Positions 1-8,196 of a stretch of 64,000 nt of DNA are shown here, in pieces; position 1 is the first letter of the stretch; each line of letters begins with the position of its first letter. The stretch is from Deferribacterales bacterium. Lineage in GTDB: Bacteria; Chrysiogenota; Deferribacteres; Deferribacterales; Geovibrionaceae. The stretch is taken from positions 128,001-192,000 of the forward strand of contig JBFWJS010000006.1 in the NCBI GenBank assembly GCA_050253075.1. The letters are read 5' to 3'. The position numbers and the translations under genes are program-made. The notes under the pieces are model-generated. The model searched no databases. It was not told the origin of the DNA and saw nothing but the letters and a program-made list of their open reading frames with translations.

Positions 1-984
1 TATCTTTTCATGGTGTTGTGAGGCGTATTCGGCTATGTCCTTCATTTGGCGCACCTGAGAGAGTATCATGTTTGTGTAATAAGAATGACTGCGGATGTAT
101 GCCAGCTCTTTATCGTCCAGCTTCCCGTTCTTTTCCAGTATTTCGTTCGGCACTATCAGCTTGCCTATGTCGTGCAGGTTGCCCGCTATGGACAGCTCAG
201 AGCACTTATGCTCGCCGTAATTCATCATGTATCCCAACAGCTTTGCCACATCGGAAACGCCTCGGGAGTGGGAAGCCGTGAATCTGCTTTTAAAATCTAT
301 CACCAGCGACACCAGCTTTGTAAAATCCTCTATCTCCTTTATGCTCATAGAGCGCTTATCGGTATTGATGTATTCATGTTCGCTGAAAAGCTGATTGAAT
401 GATGTGCTGAGCCAGAAGGATTCTTTATCCTGCAGAGACCTGAAAGCCTCCACAGCGGCAGGTGCAAATACAGAACCTATCTTTTCGGCTATGTGGTCTA
501 TTATATTGCCCCTCTGGAGCAGGATGTGCTGGTTCTGCTTTACGAGAACGTCCACCCTGTCTGCCAGATGTATTATATAGCTGGCTATCGGTATCGGCTC
601 GCCTATGTAGCCCATATTTGTGCCGTGCTGCCAGTATTCATGATGATAAAGGATGATCTTTGCTATTTTGCGGAAAGGCTTGTAATTGCGCAGGAGCAGA
701 TACCCCACAAGGCAATGCTTATACGGATTTTCCACGTCAAATTGGATGAGCTGTTCCTTTTCCTGAATGGTGAGCGGTGCCGCACCTATATCATGCAGAA
801 GCCCCGCCAGATATATCTCCTGAAGGACATCCTCAGACAGCCCCATTGCTCTGCCTATTTCTCTCGACAATACTGCTACACGTTTGTTATGCCCTGCGAC
901 CACAGGGTTGACCAGCTCGATGGCTGTTGAAAGGCACTCGACCAGCTGTCCTATTGATATACGGTAAATGTATGCATCTTTCAT
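1..984 (-). CDS. Tandem HD / HD-GYP domain phosphodiesterase (runs off the window start)
   Basis: Not in the ORF track. Read by hand from ATG at 984: MKDAYIYRISIGQLVECLS..GHNKRVA..AGLLHDIG..HHE..HLADRVD..TASHSRGVS..AGNLHDIGKLIVPNEILEKTGKL..QHHEKI, open to base 1. Confidence 0.85.
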   Translation of the reverse strand, partial: MKDAYIYRISIGQLVECLSTAIELVNPVVAGHNKRVAVLSREIGRAMGLSEDVLQEIYLAGLLHDIGAAPLTIQEKEQLIQFDVENPYKHCLVGYLLLRNYKPFRKIAKIILYHHEYWQHGTNMGYIGEPIPIASYIIHLADRVDVLVKQNQHILLQRGNIIDHIAEKIGSVFAPAAVEAFRSLQDKESFWLSTSFNQLFSEHEYINTDKRSMSIKEIEDFTKLVSLVIDFKSRFTASHSRGVSDVAKLLGYMMNYGEHKCSELSIAGNLHDIGKLIVPNEILEKNGKLDDKELAYIRSHSYYTNMILSQVRQMKDIAEYASQHHEKI

Positions 985-1146
985 AGTGGCATCCCGCAAA
1001 TAATGCTATTTGACTTAGTTTGTATATACTTTAACTATGCCACTAATTAACATAAAATCAATGAAAAGACGCCACATACGACACATCTGTTTAATTAGTT
1101 ATTAATAGATCAGAAATAATTTCAGGGGATAAATGATATTCTCACG

Positions 1147-2697
1147 TTACTTAACGGTGACCATATTACGCCCGTTCTCTTTAGACTCATAAAGTGCGGA
1201 GTCGGCACGCTCCAGAAGCGATTTTTCGTCTTCGCCTGCTATGTTCATTGTAACGCCGAGGCTAGCCGTGATCTTTGTCCCTGTGCAGAATTTGAAGTTT
1301 TCGATGACCCTTCTGAGCTTCTCCGCTATTCCAGGGAGTATCTCTTTGGAAACGTTCGGCAGGATAAGGCAGAATTCCTCACCGCCCCATCTGACGAGAA
1401 AATCAGTGTTTCGTATATTTGCCTGTATGACCTCACACATCTCCTGCAGGACCTGATCACCTACTGAGTGACCGAAGCGGTCATTAACATCTTTGAAATG
1501 GTCGATGTCAATGAATATAAAGCCGAATTTAATCCCCGTACCGATTATGTGCTTCAGCCTTTCGTCATGGTAACGTCTGTTAAAGGCGCCTGTCAGAGGG
1601 TCTATGTATACCCTGTCTTCCAGTTCGCCCACCTGATGCATCAGCTTGCTAGCCGAGGCCTTCACCTGTGTCACTTCATGAACTTTTTTGTCGTATTCCT
1701 CTGCGGATATCTTTGATATATAAGCCGTGAGGAAAAATGCAAAAACAACCGAAAGGGAATATATGGCTATACTCAGCAGAAACTGCTCTTTGTGTATTGC
1801 CGAAAGATAGCGCTTATTCATTGTGAATAGAGCGTAGAGATAGTTGTCGTCGGACAGATATATCTTCCTAGCCATTGCGCCGTCGCTCAGCTTCATCTGC
1901 TTCCTGTTCGGCATGTTCTTCATGAATGGAAAATCTTCGAACATATTGGCATTTGTATCTTGGTATTTTGTGAATGTCTTATCCTTTTCAGGATGAACGA
2001 TATAGTTCCCTTCCCTGTTCGCAAGATATACGTTTACGTTCTTATAAGAATTGAAATAGGTCAGTATGCTCTCCGCAAAGTGGTTTATTATAACCAGCCC
2101 TGTCTTCTTCGAGCCCATGCCTATAGGTATGGCAAATCTGATCGTAGGGCGGTACGGATATTCCAGCTTTCCGTTCTCAAAGTTAAGGTCAACATCTGAA
2201 ATCCATATGGAATTTATATCTTCATTGATGGCCTGAGTGAAATAATACCTGTTATGCTTATCCTGAAGGTAGTCATCACCTGTGAAAACAACAGGCGAGC
2301 CAATGGCCTCTCTTTCCGCACGTATAAGCTCTTTACCGTTTATATCCAGTATGCGGAGCTGCATTATACCGCTGTAGCTGTTTGCTATGGTGTATATATA
2401 GTCGTTGAGCAGCTGCATAGCCCCCGGGTGGTCTTTAAAATTAAGGTCTGCCAGATCGTGGTCATAAATATAGCCGGATATCATGCTCAGCATATTTGAA
2501 ATGTCTGACACACGCTGATAAAGGGTTGATTCTGCTATGTAGAGCTTATCTTCGATTATCTCGCTGATGCTCTCGTTGGTCTGCTGAATACGCATGATGT
2601 ATGAGCTGAATGCCGTGATGAATATCACAAACATGCAGAGCATGAATATCACCATAAACACCTTGACCCGTGTGGAAAACTTAAAAAGTAATCCCAT
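1147..2697 (-). CDS. Membrane-bound diguanylate cyclase with periplasmic Cache-type sensor
   Basis: Two TM segments flank a periplasmic domain; DPLTG, DIDHFKDVND, RNTD I-site, GGEEF. Confidence 0.9.
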   Translation of the reverse strand: MGLLFKFSTRVKVFMVIFMLCMFVIFITAFSSYIMRIQQTNESISEIIEDKLYIAESTLYQRVSDISNMLSMISGYIYDHDLADLNFKDHPGAMQLLNDYIYTIANSYSGIMQLRILDINGKELIRAEREAIGSPVVFTGDDYLQDKHNRYYFTQAINEDINSIWISDVDLNFENGKLEYPYRPTIRFAIPIGMGSKKTGLVIINHFAESILTYFNSYKNVNVYLANREGNYIVHPEKDKTFTKYQDTNANMFEDFPFMKNMPNRKQMKLSDGAMARKIYLSDDNYLYALFTMNKRYLSAIHKEQFLLSIAIYSLSVVFAFFLTAYISKISAEEYDKKVHEVTQVKASASKLMHQVGELEDRVYIDPLTGAFNRRYHDERLKHIIGTGIKFGFIFIDIDHFKDVNDRFGHSVGDQVLQEMCEVIQANIRNTDFLVRWGGEEFCLILPNVSKEILPGIAEKLRRVIENFKFCTGTKITASLGVTMNIAGEDEKSLLERADSALYESKENGRNMVTVK

Positions 2698-2807
2698 GAC
2701 ACAGCCTCCCCTTTCCTCAGAAAAGTATGCTCAAGTAATATAATATTACACTAAAAATAAACAGGCCGCATTTAAATTTGGGAGCAAATCAGTCTTTATA
2801 TATCTAA

Positions 2808-3326
2808 TTAGTTTTTTCTTATTTCAGAGGTAATTTGCGCTGCCCATTCTTTTATCCTCGCCTCCGAATGCAGCGGCTGTACATCATAGTCAAGAGCCAG
2901 CCCGACAAACCTGTCGTTAACTACGCCTCTCGATTCACGAAACTTATATCCGTCTGTGGACCATCTGCCGACGATGCGTGAGTCGTATGATGTAACAGTG
3001 TCATACAGCACGCCCATGCCGTCTACGAATGTGTCGGGATATGTCTCCTGATCGCCTGTGCCGAAGAATGCGACATTCTTACCCGAGAAGTCTATCTCGC
3101 GCAGTTTCTGGAGCACGCTGTCCCAGTCGTCCTGTATTACGCCGACACCCCATGTGGATGCGCCGAGGATAACATTATCATAATTAGCAAAGGTGCTTAG
3201 GTGTACATCTGCTATGTTCATAACATCTACTTCAAAGCCTCTGTCTGAAAGCTCTCTTGATATCATATCAGCGGCGTCTTCTGTTGCCCCGCCCGTTGAT
3301 CCGTAAAAAATACCTATCTTATCCAT
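2808..3326 (-). CDS. fldA: Long-chain flavodoxin
   Basis: GIFYGSTGGAT FMN loop, GASTWG, FGTGDQ, FVGLALD; start moved to ATG 3326 after an AAGGAG SD. Confidence 0.9.
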   Translation of the reverse strand: MDKIGIFYGSTGGATEDAADMISRELSDRGFEVDVMNIADVHLSTFANYDNVILGASTWGVGVIQDDWDSVLQKLREIDFSGKNVAFFGTGDQETYPDTFVDGMGVLYDTVTSYDSRIVGRWSTDGYKFRESRGVVNDRFVGLALDYDVQPLHSEARIKEWAAQITSEIRKN

Positions 3327-3355
3327 TTTTAACTCCTTATCATTCAAGACACTAT

Positions 3356-3381
3356 TAACGATATTGATTTTGCGTATCATT
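3356..3381. promoter_or_regulatory. Candidate Fur box upstream of flavodoxin
   Basis: Minus strand AATGATACGCAAAATCAAT-ATCGTTA resembles the box upstream of feoA. Confidence 0.6.
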
Positions 3382-3464
3382 TCAATACTTTTTTAGTCTG
3401 AATAGTAATAACCTTTATGCTGTTAAGTTCTGCATTTTATGATATATTCTCTTCGGAGGCTCAT

Positions 3465-4112
3465 ATGTCATTTGAATTGTGGCTGGTCTATTTTACAACT
3501 GTTTTTATCGCGTCAATAATCCCCGGCCCCAGTATGATATTGGCTCTCACCCACGGCATGCAGTTCGGCGTCAGAAAGGCCGCAATCTCATCCTTTGGGG
3601 TTATCATCTCCACAATGATACAGGCGGGAATCTCTATAGCAGGGCTGGGAGCAATACTGCTGGCATCAGAATTTCTCTTTATTGTTATAAAGATAACAGG
3701 TGCAGTTTACCTTACGTATCTGGGTATTGTTATGTTGGTGAGCAACAGTTCGTTTTATACGGATTTCAGAACTGACACATTCAGCCCTACTTCTAAGAAA
3801 CTGCTCGGGCAGGGATTTATAGTGAGTATATTTAACCCTAAAGCAGTAATATTTTTTACAGCGTTTTTTCCGCAGTTCATCGGTGCATCTGGTTCCAGCG
3901 CAGTGGGATACTTTGAGCTGATGGCAACTCTGGCGGCAGTACACTTTTCATGCAGTATGATATACGCATACGCCGGAAAGAAAGTAATCTCTTTCTTCAC
4001 CCACAGTAGTAAGGTTATAACAAAACTCATCGGCGTCTTCTTTGTGGTGACTGGTCTTTCCATAATGTTCAACTCAGTATATTCACAGTACCTTTCCACC
4101 GAAAACAACTAA
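3465..4112 (+). CDS. LysE/RhtB family amino-acid exporter
   Basis: IIPGPS, GAVYLTYLG, NPKAVIFF motifs; hydrophobic; GGAGG SD before ATG 3465. Confidence 0.9.
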   Translation: MSFELWLVYFTTVFIASIIPGPSMILALTHGMQFGVRKAAISSFGVIISTMIQAGISIAGLGAILLASEFLFIVIKITGAVYLTYLGIVMLVSNSSFYTDFRTDTFSPTSKKLLGQGFIVSIFNPKAVIFFTAFFPQFIGASGSSAVGYFELMATLAAVHFSCSMIYAYAGKKVISFFTHSSKVITKLIGVFFVVTGLSIMFNSVYSQYLSTENN

Positions 4113-4121
4113 TATGAGAAT

Positions 4122-4153
4122 AAAAAAAGGGGAACCGTAATGGTTCCCCTTTT
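4122..4153. terminator. Bidirectional intrinsic terminator
   Basis: A-run GGGGAACC-gtaat-GGTTCCCC T-run between convergent genes. Confidence 0.8.
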
Positions 4154-4178
4154 GGATTTATCTGGTAAGTGCTAGCAC

Positions 4179-5759
4179 TTAAACGATCTCTGGAACATCC
4201 CAGTTATCGATTTTCATTGTGCCGTTTTTAGCAAGGTTCATCTGCATTTTGAAGCATCTGTCGAAGAGCTGTGGCTCATGACCGACACCTTTAGCAAGAC
4301 AGATTTTGCTAGCCATATCGAAGTACTCCTGAATGATATCTTTGTAATCAGGGTGTACACATTTATCGATGATGACCTGTGCTCTCTGCTTAGGAGCAAG
4401 ACCGCGAAGGTCAGCAAGTCCCTGATCTGTAACAAGTACGTCAAGGTCGTGCTCTGTGTGGTCAATGTGTGGAGCCTTTGGAACTACACATGTGATACCT
4501 GTTGGGTCTGTCTTTGTAGGACGAGCAGACGGACAATGCATGATCTTCAGGAAACCGTTTCTAAGGAAGTCACCGGAACCGCCGAGACCGTTGATCATTC
4601 TTGTACCGCCAACGAGTGTTGAGTTAGCGTGTGCATAGATATCGAACTCAACAGGTGTGTTCATTGCGATACATCCGAGACGACGGATAGGCTCCGGAGC
4701 GTTGGAAACGGAAAGCGGACGAAGAACGATCTTGTCTGCGTATTTATCCCAGTTTGCGAAGAAACGCGGGAAGCCCTCTTTCTCGGAAAGAGAAAGTGAA
4801 CATGAAGAAGCTGCATCAAGTTTACCTGAGTCGAAGAGGTCAAGCATTGTATCCTGAAGAACTTCAGTGAAAACTGTAAGGTTCTTGAAAGGACCTTTTG
4901 CAAGTCCGCCCACAACAGCGTTAGCGATAGAACCAACACCGGACTGAAGTGGAAGAAGGTTCTCAGGGAGACGGCCTGCTTTAACTTCGTGAGCGAAGAA
5001 TTCCATGATGTGACCGGCGATAGCTTCGGATGTTTCATCGATCTCTGTAAAAGCTCTACCTTTATCAAGTCTCTTAGACTCAACAACAGCGATAACTTTG
5101 TTAGGGTCACATGCGATAGATGTAGAACCGATACGGCTGTCAGCCTTAACGATGTTGAAAGGCTCTCTGTTAGGAGGTGTGCCTGGTGTGAAAAGGTCGT
5201 GCATACCTTCGAAAGATGGCTGGCCTGTGTTTACTTCGAGGATGATTTTATCACAGATCATAAGGATCTCAGGGATAACACCACAAGAAGATGTAGGAAC
5301 AAGGCTTCCGTCTTCTTTAACACAAGAAACTTCTATGATAGCGAGGTCAAGCTTGCCTGACTCTGTATCTTTTGTATAGAAACCATAACCAAGGTCCTGA
5401 GCGAAGAGAGAGAGGTGTTTGTCACCCATTCTGATTCTGCCTTCGTTGATACCTTTAGCGATGTTTTTACCGGTCTGGTAAGGCCATCTTCTGTCGATCA
5501 TATCGAGAGTAGCCCATCTGTCTTCAGTCTCAGCACCAACAGATGCACCGATGAAGAGGTTGAACTTCATTTTGCCCTGAAGACCGTTAGCCTCTACGTA
5601 ATCAGCGAGAGCGATAGGTACTTCTTTTGGGTAACCGGCAGGTGTGAAACCTGACCAGCCAAGGTTCATTCCATTCTTAAAGAACTGGATTGTTTCTTCA
5701 GCCTTCATTACTTTCTTGAGAAGGCTTTTACATTCCACTCGGGTCTCAAGTTCAGACAT
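4179..5759 (-). CDS. Acetyl-CoA hydrolase family / succinyl-CoA:acetate CoA-transferase
   Basis: SGFTPAGYPK, LQSGVGSIANA, TEVLQD, GLGGSGDF motifs; strongly biased codon usage. Confidence 0.9.
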   Translation of the reverse strand: MSELETRVECKSLLKKVMKAEETIQFFKNGMNLGWSGFTPAGYPKEVPIALADYVEANGLQGKMKFNLFIGASVGAETEDRWATLDMIDRRWPYQTGKNIAKGINEGRIRMGDKHLSLFAQDLGYGFYTKDTESGKLDLAIIEVSCVKEDGSLVPTSSCGVIPEILMICDKIILEVNTGQPSFEGMHDLFTPGTPPNREPFNIVKADSRIGSTSIACDPNKVIAVVESKRLDKGRAFTEIDETSEAIAGHIMEFFAHEVKAGRLPENLLPLQSGVGSIANAVVGGLAKGPFKNLTVFTEVLQDTMLDLFDSGKLDAASSCSLSLSEKEGFPRFFANWDKYADKIVLRPLSVSNAPEPIRRLGCIAMNTPVEFDIYAHANSTLVGGTRMINGLGGSGDFLRNGFLKIMHCPSARPTKTDPTGITCVVPKAPHIDHTEHDLDVLVTDQGLADLRGLAPKQRAQVIIDKCVHPDYKDIIQEYFDMASKICLAKGVGHEPQLFDRCFKMQMNLAKNGTMKIDNWDVPEIV

Positions 5760-5849
5760 ATACTCCTCCATATAGGGTTATTAAGTTTATTTAGGTTCTA
5801 TCGGTTCCGACTAGCCTGAAACACATCGGCTCCGACATTCAATTCCATA

Positions 5850-6026
5850 TTAACTGTGTAAAAAACCTTCATCCTGAAGTTTTTTACTATCGCTCTGCCG
5901 AACAAGTACGGCTTCGCTCTCTCTGCGCTGTTTAACAGCTCCGAGAAGCACATCGTGTGCTTTTAACTGTGTAAAAAACTTTCGTCGGAAAGTCTTTACT
6001 ATCGCTCTGCCGAACAAGTACGGCTT
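5850..6026. repeat. Composite hairpin element with a 64-65-bp direct duplication (5850-5914, 5963-6026)
   Basis: TTAACTGTGTAAAAAAC..TTTACTATCGCTCTGCCGAACAAGTACGGCTT occurs twice, with the AAGCAC-atc-GTGTGCTT hairpin between. Confidence 0.8.
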
Positions 6027-6809
6027 TTATCTTCTCTCTATCTTAAAGGTCTTCAGGGCATCCTGCATAGAAGGTATCTTTTCTCTGATATCTTCCACAT
6101 CAGCCCTGTCTGCCGTACAGCTTAAGACAGCCTCGCCGTCCGCCGGTTCAAAGAGCGCCTCGCCCCATGGGTTCCAGGCTACGCTGTATCCGCAGTCCAT
6201 AGTCTTCTTTCTGGTGTGCAGAACGCTGCAGTTCCCGCCGACGACATAGAGCTGGTTTTCAATGGCTCTCGCTCTGGTAAGCGTCTGCCAGTGCTCCTTC
6301 TTCATCGCAGGCCACATAGCAGGAACAGTTATAACATCTGCTCCGGCTGCTGCCGTCATCCTGAAAAGCTCAGGAAAACGTATCTCGTAACAAACCAGAA
6401 GACCGACCTTCATCCCTTTGAAATCAACAACACATACCTCGCTGCCGACATCAAAGTATTTATCCTCTCCTGTTGGAGAGAAGAGAAGATTTTTTCTATA
6501 TTTACCTATCACGCCGTCTTTTGTAACGGCATAAACAGTATTGAAAACCTTGTTCTGATTTTCTTCAGGGTGGGTTGTGACGACCAGTGTATCGGAATTT
6601 ATGATAGACTGTATTTCGGAAATAACTTCATCCGTTTTCAATGCAAACTGCTGAAGATTTTCGTAGTCGAAGCCACAGCTCCACATCTCAGGAAGTACGA
6701 TAATAACATCTTTCTCATCAGACAGTTGTGCGATAGCATCGAGAAAGGTTTTCTTGTTCCTTTCTAAATCCGCAAGCGCTACAGGAAGCTGAAGTGAAAT
6801 GATTTTCAT
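6027..6809 (-). CDS. Carbon-nitrogen hydrolase (nitrilase superfamily, omega-amidase-like)
   Basis: Glu-Lys-Cys triad motifs LPEMW, YRK, VCYEIRFPE; RARAIENQ. Confidence 0.9.
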   Translation of the reverse strand: MKIISLQLPVALADLERNKKTFLDAIAQLSDEKDVIIVLPEMWSCGFDYENLQQFALKTDEVISEIQSIINSDTLVVTTHPEENQNKVFNTVYAVTKDGVIGKYRKNLLFSPTGEDKYFDVGSEVCVVDFKGMKVGLLVCYEIRFPELFRMTAAAGADVITVPAMWPAMKKEHWQTLTRARAIENQLYVVGGNCSVLHTRKKTMDCGYSVAWNPWGEALFEPADGEAVLSCTADRADVEDIREKIPSMQDALKTFKIERR

Positions 6810-6889
6810 ACTACTCCTCTAAACGATTGGAATTTTAAAACATAATTTGTACCATGTCAAGATGCTAAATAACAGATAATGAACAAACA

Positions 6890-6947
6890 AAAAAAAAGGC
6901 ACCGCTTAAACCCTTAGCTATAAAGGGTTTCAGAGATGCCTTTGTTT
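6890..6947 (-). terminator. Long hairpin / terminator downstream of the radical SAM gene
   Basis: AAAGGCA..AAACCCTT-agctata-AAGGGTTT..TGCCTTT next to an A-run. Confidence 0.55.
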
Positions 6948-6975
6948 ATAAAACAGTGTAAAAAGTTAAATAAAT

Positions 6976-8043
6976 TTAACCCTTATAATTGGCAGGAATA
7001 TAGTCACAGAATGGCTCTTCCGCCATGTAGTCTCCGGTGACGGCGTATGACCTCGCACGGCATCCTCCGCAGACACCGAGGTGTTTGCAGACTCCGCATT
7101 TACCGTCGTACTCTTTAAAGTTTCTCATGTCTTTAAACAGCTTGGATTCTTCCCATATCTCTTTCAGAGGTGTTTCGAACACGTTTCCGCCGTTTACGGG
7201 GAAGTAAGAGCATGGGAGCATATCTCCGTTCGAGTTTACAAGTGCGATGGTCTGACCTGCTATACAGCCCTTTCCTCCGCCTGTGGAGAATGTGAGGCTT
7301 CTGCGGTCTTTATCTTTACCCTCTTCCTTGCTTCTGTCGTGCCATATGCGATAGTACTGAGGTGCACATGTAGGACGCACGAGGATTTCTTCCTCCTCAC
7401 GCTCCATGTCATAGTGCCAGTTCAGTATCTCTTCATAGTCTTCTTTGCTGATGAGCTCTTTCATGAGCTCTTCGCCTCTGCCTGTCGGTACGATGAGGAA
7501 CATGTACCATGCTGTGGGCTGAAGGCTTTTAGCGAGTTTATATGTATTCATGATATCGTGTTGGTTACGCTTTGCGAATGAGGAGTTGATGATGAACTTT
7601 ATGCCGTGCTTTCTGAAAAGCGCAGCCGCGTCCATAACAGCCTGAAATGAGCCCTCCTGCTGACGGAAGTCGTCGTGTACAGCAGGTGTGGAGCCGTCGA
7701 GGCTGAGTGAGCATATTCTTATGCCTGATGCTATCATCTTTTCGCATATCTCGTCTGTCACGAGTGATCCGTTTGTCGCCATAGCCATGCGCAGGCCTTT
7801 GGATGTGCCGTAGCTGGCGATGTCGAAAATGTCTTCTCTCATGAGAGGCTCGCCCCCGGTGAGGACGACAACAGGGTTAGCGAAGTCTACCAGATCGTCT
7901 ATGAACTTCTTTGATTTTTCCAGAGTGAATTTGCCAACGGCAGAATGAATACCTGAAGATGAACGGCAGTGAACACATTTAAGGTTGCATTTTGATGTGA
8001 TTTCCCAAGCCATCCATTTCAGTTCCCAGTTTTTTTCAGACAT
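6976..8043 (-). CDS. ahbD: Radical SAM/SPASM protein, AhbD (heme b synthase)-like
   Basis: [36 protein letters not shown], and SPASM cysteines CGVC..CGGCRAR. Confidence 0.7.
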   Translation of the reverse strand: MSEKNWELKWMAWEITSKCNLKCVHCRSSSGIHSAVGKFTLEKSKKFIDDLVDFANPVVVLTGGEPLMREDIFDIASYGTSKGLRMAMATNGSLVTDEICEKMIASGIRICSLSLDGSTPAVHDDFRQQEGSFQAVMDAAALFRKHGIKFIINSSFAKRNQHDIMNTYKLAKSLQPTAWYMFLIVPTGRGEELMKELISKEDYEEILNWHYDMEREEEEILVRPTCAPQYYRIWHDRSKEEGKDKDRRSLTFSTGGGKGCIAGQTIALVNSNGDMLPCSYFPVNGGNVFETPLKEIWEESKLFKDMRNFKEYDGKCGVCKHLGVCGGCRARSYAVTGDYMAEEPFCDYIPANYKG

Positions 8044-8196
8044 GTATATCTCCAATAAATTATCTATGAGTAATACATTATCAATAAAGCCGAAATTTTC
8101 AATAATAAATAACGCTCTGCGACAGTAAATTATGTTAACATTGATTGTAATATCGAAATTAGATGTTATGCTTAACTATATTTATTTACATTGAGG

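Noticed and set aside
18..930. Several short plus-strand ORFs in the track
   Set aside because: They overlap the real minus-strand HD-domain gene (984 to beyond base 1), which the track omits because it is truncated.
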